From: Kiritimatiellia bacterium
GTDB taxonomy: Bacteria; Verrucomicrobiota; Kiritimatiellia; RFP12; JBMNHG01
DNA: 64,000 nucleotides
Assembly: GCA_050950285.1 (NCBI GenBank)
Contig: JBMNHG010000008.1
Location: 62,001-126,000 of the forward strand
Reading direction: 5' to 3'
Part shown: piece after piece, positions 60,166-64,000 of the stretch
Numbering within the stretch: the stretch's first letter is position 1
How the letters are laid out: each line of letters starts with the position of its first letter
Notes under the pieces: generated by a model
The model's database searches: none
Told to the model about the DNA's origin: nothing
Seen by the model: only the letters and a program-made list of their open reading frames with translations
Made by a program: the position numbers and the translations under genes

Positions 60166-61196
60166 TTCCCCTCCTCGCGATGGACCTCGTCTTGAACCAC
60201 CCGATGGCCCGCTGGAACCGCGCGGAGCCTCCCGAGACACTCCGCGCGGCGGCGGCCGAAGCCATGGCGGCCCCCCTCGATCCCGTCACCGCAAAGCGGT
60301 GCGCACCCCCCGGCGGCACGCGCCACGACTACGCCAGCAAGGCCCCGTACTGGTGGCCCGATCCCGCGAAGCCGGATGGCTTCCCCTACATCCGGCGCGA
60401 CGGCGAACTCAACCCGGACAGTCGCCGCGATTCCGATCGCCCGCGCCTGGACGCGCTGGTCGCCAACGTCCAGACGCTCGCCGCCGCGCGCGTGCGCCTG
60501 GACGATCGCGATGCCGCAGGGAAGGCCGTCTCGCTCCTGCGTGGCTTTTTCCTGGACGAGGCCACCCGCATGAATCCGAATCTCGACCACGGCCAGGCCA
60601 TCCCCGGCGCTTGCGACGGCCGCAGCGTCGGCGTCATCGAGACGCTTCGCGTCGCGCAGTTCCTCGTGGATTCCATTCAAATCCTGCATGCCTGCGGCGA
60701 CCTCCCCGACGAGGACTACGAAGGACTTCGCGCCTGGTTCTCCGCCTACCTCGACTGGCTTCTCCACAGCCCCATCGGCAGCGCCGAAGGGCTCGGGAAA
60801 AACAACCATGGCACCGCCTACGACCTGCAGGTCGCGGTGTTCGCCCTCTTCGTCGGACGCGACGACCTCGCCCGCGCGACGCTTCTGGGCGTTCCCGCCC
60901 GCCGTGTCGCCGCCCAAATCGAACCCGATGGACGCCAGCCCCTCGAACTTGCGCGCACCCGCTCCCTCAGCTATTCCTCCATGAACCTCGGGATCTGCCG
61001 CAACCTTTCGACCCTGGCGCTCCGCTTCGACTTCGACCTCTGGAACGCCACCACGCCCGATGGACGCAGCATCGCCAAGGCGGCGGCGTGGTTGCGCCCC
61101 TATCTGCTCGGGGAACAGCCCTGGACCCTCCCCCAGGTCATCGAGTTGAATCGGGAGGACTTGCAGTGGCTCGTCGGACCCTTTCCGACTCCATGA
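60162..61196 (+). CDS. Alginate-lyase-family (PF05426-like) polysaccharide lyase
   Basis: HDYASKAPYWWPDP, RRDG, MNPNL, NNHG, ELARTRSLSYS. Confidence 0.85.
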   Translation: MIPLLAMDLVLNHPMARWNRAEPPETLRAAAAEAMAAPLDPVTAKRCAPPGGTRHDYASKAPYWWPDPAKPDGFPYIRRDGELNPDSRRDSDRPRLDALVANVQTLAAARVRLDDRDAAGKAVSLLRGFFLDEATRMNPNLDHGQAIPGACDGRSVGVIETLRVAQFLVDSIQILHACGDLPDEDYEGLRAWFSAYLDWLLHSPIGSAEGLGKNNHGTAYDLQVAVFALFVGRDDLARATLLGVPARRVAAQIEPDGRQPLELARTRSLSYSSMNLGICRNLSTLALRFDFDLWNATTPDGRSIAKAAAWLRPYLLGEQPWTLPQVIELNREDLQWLVGPFPTP

Positions 61197-61268
61197 GGCC
61201 ACGATGTGCGCCCCCTTTTGCCAACTATCTCTTTGCCGAACCTCCCCGGCCGTGGTATCCTTGTCGCC

Positions 61269-62006
61269 ATGTTCACCGGAAAAACAGCGATCGTGACAGG
61301 AGGCGGGACAGGCATTGGCAGGGCCATTGCGCTGGAGCTTGCCGCAAGGGGCGCGGACGTCGCGCTGTGCGGGCGCCGCCTGGAGAAGCTGCAGGGGACG
61401 GCCGACGAAATCCGCGCCCTGGGCCGCCGCGCCCTCCCCCTGGCGGCCGACGTGGGCGACGCCGCGCAGGTCCAGGCCTTCGTCGACCGGGTGATGGACG
61501 AGTTCGGACGCATCGACGTGCTCGTGTGCAACGCAGGCGTCACCCGCGACAACCTCCTCGTCCGGATGTCCGAGGACGACTGGGACACCGTGATCCGGAC
61601 GAACCTCAAGGGGGCGTTCCTCCTGTCGAAGGCCGTCGTGCGCCCGATGATGAAGCAGCGGGCGGGTTCCATCGTGCTCGTGTCTTCGATTTCGGGCTTG
61701 ATCGGGAACGCGGGTCAATGTAATTATGCTGCTTCCAAAGCCGGACTCGTGGCCTTCGGGAAATCCCTGGCCCGCGAGGTGGCATCGCGTGGCATCCGCG
61801 TGAACTCCGTTGCACCGGGGTTCATCGTGACGGGCATGACGGCCGCTTTGCCGGAGGCGGCTGCCGAGCAATTGTCCTCCCGGATTCCGGCGGGACGGCT
61901 CGGCCGGCCCGAGGACATCGCGAAGGCGGTGGCCTTCCTGGCGAGCGACGAAGCCTCTTATGTGACGGGCCAGACCCTGGGTGTGAACGGGGGAATGGCG
62001 ATGTAA
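61269..62006 (+). CDS. fabG: 3-oxoacyl-ACP reductase
   Basis: [30 protein letters not shown]; upstream of acpP. Confidence 0.95.
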   Translation: MFTGKTAIVTGGGTGIGRAIALELAARGADVALCGRRLEKLQGTADEIRALGRRALPLAADVGDAAQVQAFVDRVMDEFGRIDVLVCNAGVTRDNLLVRMSEDDWDTVIRTNLKGAFLLSKAVVRPMMKQRAGSIVLVSSISGLIGNAGQCNYAASKAGLVAFGKSLAREVASRGIRVNSVAPGFIVTGMTAALPEAAAEQLSSRIPAGRLGRPEDIAKAVAFLASDEASYVTGQTLGVNGGMAM

Positions 62007-62077
62007 GGACAGCCCCCGGGTGGGGGTCTCCGTCCGGAACGTGGAAATCAAAGGAAAGAGAAGCAAGGAGTTCTGAA

Positions 62078-62344
62078 ATGAGCGATAACCTGAAAGCGGG
62101 CGAGAATCTGGAAGAGCGTGTGAAGGCGATCATCGTCGAGCACCTCCATGTCAATGCCGACCAGGTTGTTCCCGAAGCTTCGTTTATCGACGACCTCTCC
62201 GCCGACTCGCTTGACACCGTCGAGCTGATCATGGCTTTCGAGGAGGAGTTTGGCTCCGAGATTCCGGACGAGGACGCCGAGAAGATGAAGACCGTCGGCG
62301 CCGTGATCGACTACCTCAAAGGCAAGGGTTTCGACGAGGCCTGA
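62078..62344 (+). CDS. acpP: Acyl carrier protein
   Basis: [27 protein letters not shown] upstream. Confidence 0.97.
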   Translation: MSDNLKAGENLEERVKAIIVEHLHVNADQVVPEASFIDDLSADSLDTVELIMAFEEEFGSEIPDEDAEKMKTVGAVIDYLKGKGFDEA

Positions 62345-62550
62345 CGGATCTTCGGCATCCATGATCGGAGGAAGCAAGGGGCTTCTTCCCCCTCCGCCCG
62401 GCGCAACGTTGTTCGCCGGGCGCGGGTCTTTCCGCAACCGTGGACTTCTGCAGGGAGAATGCATTCGGATCTGTTGCAGGACGCGCCCCGTTTGAGCCAA
62501 GGGTGGAATTCCCCGGCTTCCTGTCGCCCGGATCCGATGAAGGAGTGAGT

Positions 62551-63792
62551 ATGGAACGCGTCGTCATTACCGGACTGGGCGTGGTGTCGCCACTTGGCTG
62601 CTCCCTGGACACGTTCTGGGGGCGGCTCGTCGCGGGGGAATCCGGCATCGGCCGCATCACGCGCTTCGACATCTCCGGCTACTCCGTGGATATCGCGGCC
62701 GAGGTCCGCGACTTCGACGCCGACGCGTTCATCGATCCCAAGGAACAGCGGCGCATGGATCCCTTCTGCCGCTTCGCCGTGGCCGGGGCCAAGTTGGCCG
62801 TCGCCGATTCCGGCATCGACTTCGATGCCTGCGACCGCGACCGGTGCGGCGTCTCCATCAGCTCGGGCGTGGGCGGCCTCGGCACGACCTACGAAGGGTC
62901 GGTCCTCATCCACGAGAAGGGTCCCCGCCGGATTTCCCCGTTTACCGTGCCGATGGTGATCCCCAACATCGCCGCCGGCATGGTGGCCATCGACTTCCAT
63001 CTCACCGGTCCCAACTACTGCGTCGTCACGGCCTGCGCCAGCGCCGTCCACGCCATTGGCCTGGCCGCCCGTTCCATCCGGCACGGCGATGCGGACGTCA
63101 TGGTCGCCGGCGGCGCGGAAGCCCCCGTCAACCCTGTCTCCATCGCCTCTTTCGCCGCCATGAGGGCCCTCGCGGCCTGTCCCGCCGAAGACGATCCCCG
63201 CCAGGCCAGCCGCCCCTTCGACGCCAACCGTTGCGGCTTCGTCGCCGCCGAGGGCGCCGGCATCGTGGTCCTGGAGTCCGCCTCCCATGCCGCGAAGCGC
63301 GGCGCCCGCGTCTACGCCGAAGTCGCCGGCTTCGGGATGACCTGCGACGCCCACCACATCACCGCCCCGCGCGAGGACGGCGAAGGCGCCCGGCGGGCCA
63401 TGGTTCTCGCGATGGACGAGGCCGGCCTGAACCCGTCGGACATCGACTACATCAACGCCCACGGCACCTCCACCGTGATGAACGACCGCAGCGAGACCCT
63501 CGCCATCAAGCGCGCGCTCGGCGAGACGGACGCCCGCCGCGTGGCCATCTCTTCCACGAAGTCGATGACCGGGCACCTTCTCGGCGCCGCCGGCGGATTG
63601 GAAACCGTGGTCTGCGCCCTCGCCATCCGCCATGGCGTGGTCCCCCCCACCATCAACTACACCACGCCGGACCCGGACTGCGACCTCGACTACGTGCCCA
63701 ACACGGCGCGCGAACTCCCCGTCAAGGCCTGCCTGAACAACTCCTTCGGCTTCGGCGGCCACAACGGCTGCCTCGCCCTCCGGGCCCTCTAG
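62551..63792 (+). CDS. fabF: 3-oxoacyl-ACP synthase II
   Basis: RVVITGLG, TACAS, NAHGTST, KSMTGHLLGAAG, NSFGFGGHN. Confidence 0.96.
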   Translation: MERVVITGLGVVSPLGCSLDTFWGRLVAGESGIGRITRFDISGYSVDIAAEVRDFDADAFIDPKEQRRMDPFCRFAVAGAKLAVADSGIDFDACDRDRCGVSISSGVGGLGTTYEGSVLIHEKGPRRISPFTVPMVIPNIAAGMVAIDFHLTGPNYCVVTACASAVHAIGLAARSIRHGDADVMVAGGAEAPVNPVSIASFAAMRALAACPAEDDPRQASRPFDANRCGFVAAEGAGIVVLESASHAAKRGARVYAEVAGFGMTCDAHHITAPREDGEGARRAMVLAMDEAGLNPSDIDYINAHGTSTVMNDRSETLAIKRALGETDARRVAISSTKSMTGHLLGAAGGLETVVCALAIRHGVVPPTINYTTPDPDCDLDYVPNTARELPVKACLNNSFGFGGHNGCLALRAL

Positions 63793-64000
63793 GGCCGAAA
63801 GCGGCACGCCGCGAAAATCTCTTCCCCCTCCCTTCCCGCAGGTTCCCTTGCGTTCCGCAGGCAACCTTTTCGTCCTGTCGTCTCTTTGCCGTGATCGGCA
63901 GCGGTTTCAGGTGCGCGGCCTGGCGCTGGGATGGGTTGCGGCTTACGTCGATTCCGGGAGGGCGAAGGGGAGGAGGACGGCGACGGATTCCTCCACCGAG

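Noticed and set aside
55134..62066. 2310-aa minus-strand ORF and similar giants (41539-47364, 22426-26451, 16533-20096, 587-4270)
   Set aside because: Antisense shadows of well-supported genes, caused by stop-codon scarcity at high GC

Overview
High-GC bacterial chromosomal window with about 52 protein genes and 2 tRNAs. Gene content (large secreted beta-helix/LamG proteins, TPR-ExbB-ExbD-ExbD cluster, SGNH and alginate-lyase-family enzymes) resembles PVC-superphylum bacteria such as Kiritimatiellota or Lentisphaerota; this is an inference. Most long ORFs in the supplied track are shadow ORFs or over-extended, so starts were re-chosen by eye. Core genes: oadGAB, mnmG, a stand-alone EF-G, rubredoxin/rubrerythrin, pilD, rsmD-coaD-yceD-rpmF-plsX-fabD-cysK, tsaD, ispH, nfo, ribE, fabG-acpP-fabF, tRNA-Gln(CTG) and tRNA-Arg(CCT). 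Accessory parts: an AAA+DUF4143-type ATPase, a lower-GC RloA/RloB-type pair, a glycyl radical enzyme and two very large exported proteins. Best leads: (1) three perfect parS palindromes inside an ~88-codon in-frame insertion of mnmG; (2) a KS-less, ACP-less PKS-derived protein whose AT and DH catalytic residues are substituted but whose C-terminal PPTase looks intact; (3) a ~295-bp islet at the tRNA-Arg 3' end encoding a 36-aa hydrophobic peptide; (4) a glycyl radical enzyme with an atypical Cys loop; (5) a TIR-bounded MITE-like element, a six-Cys mini-protein upstream of a radical SAM gene, and a structured leader before rubredoxin. No database search or folding program was run; family calls come from recognised motifs.
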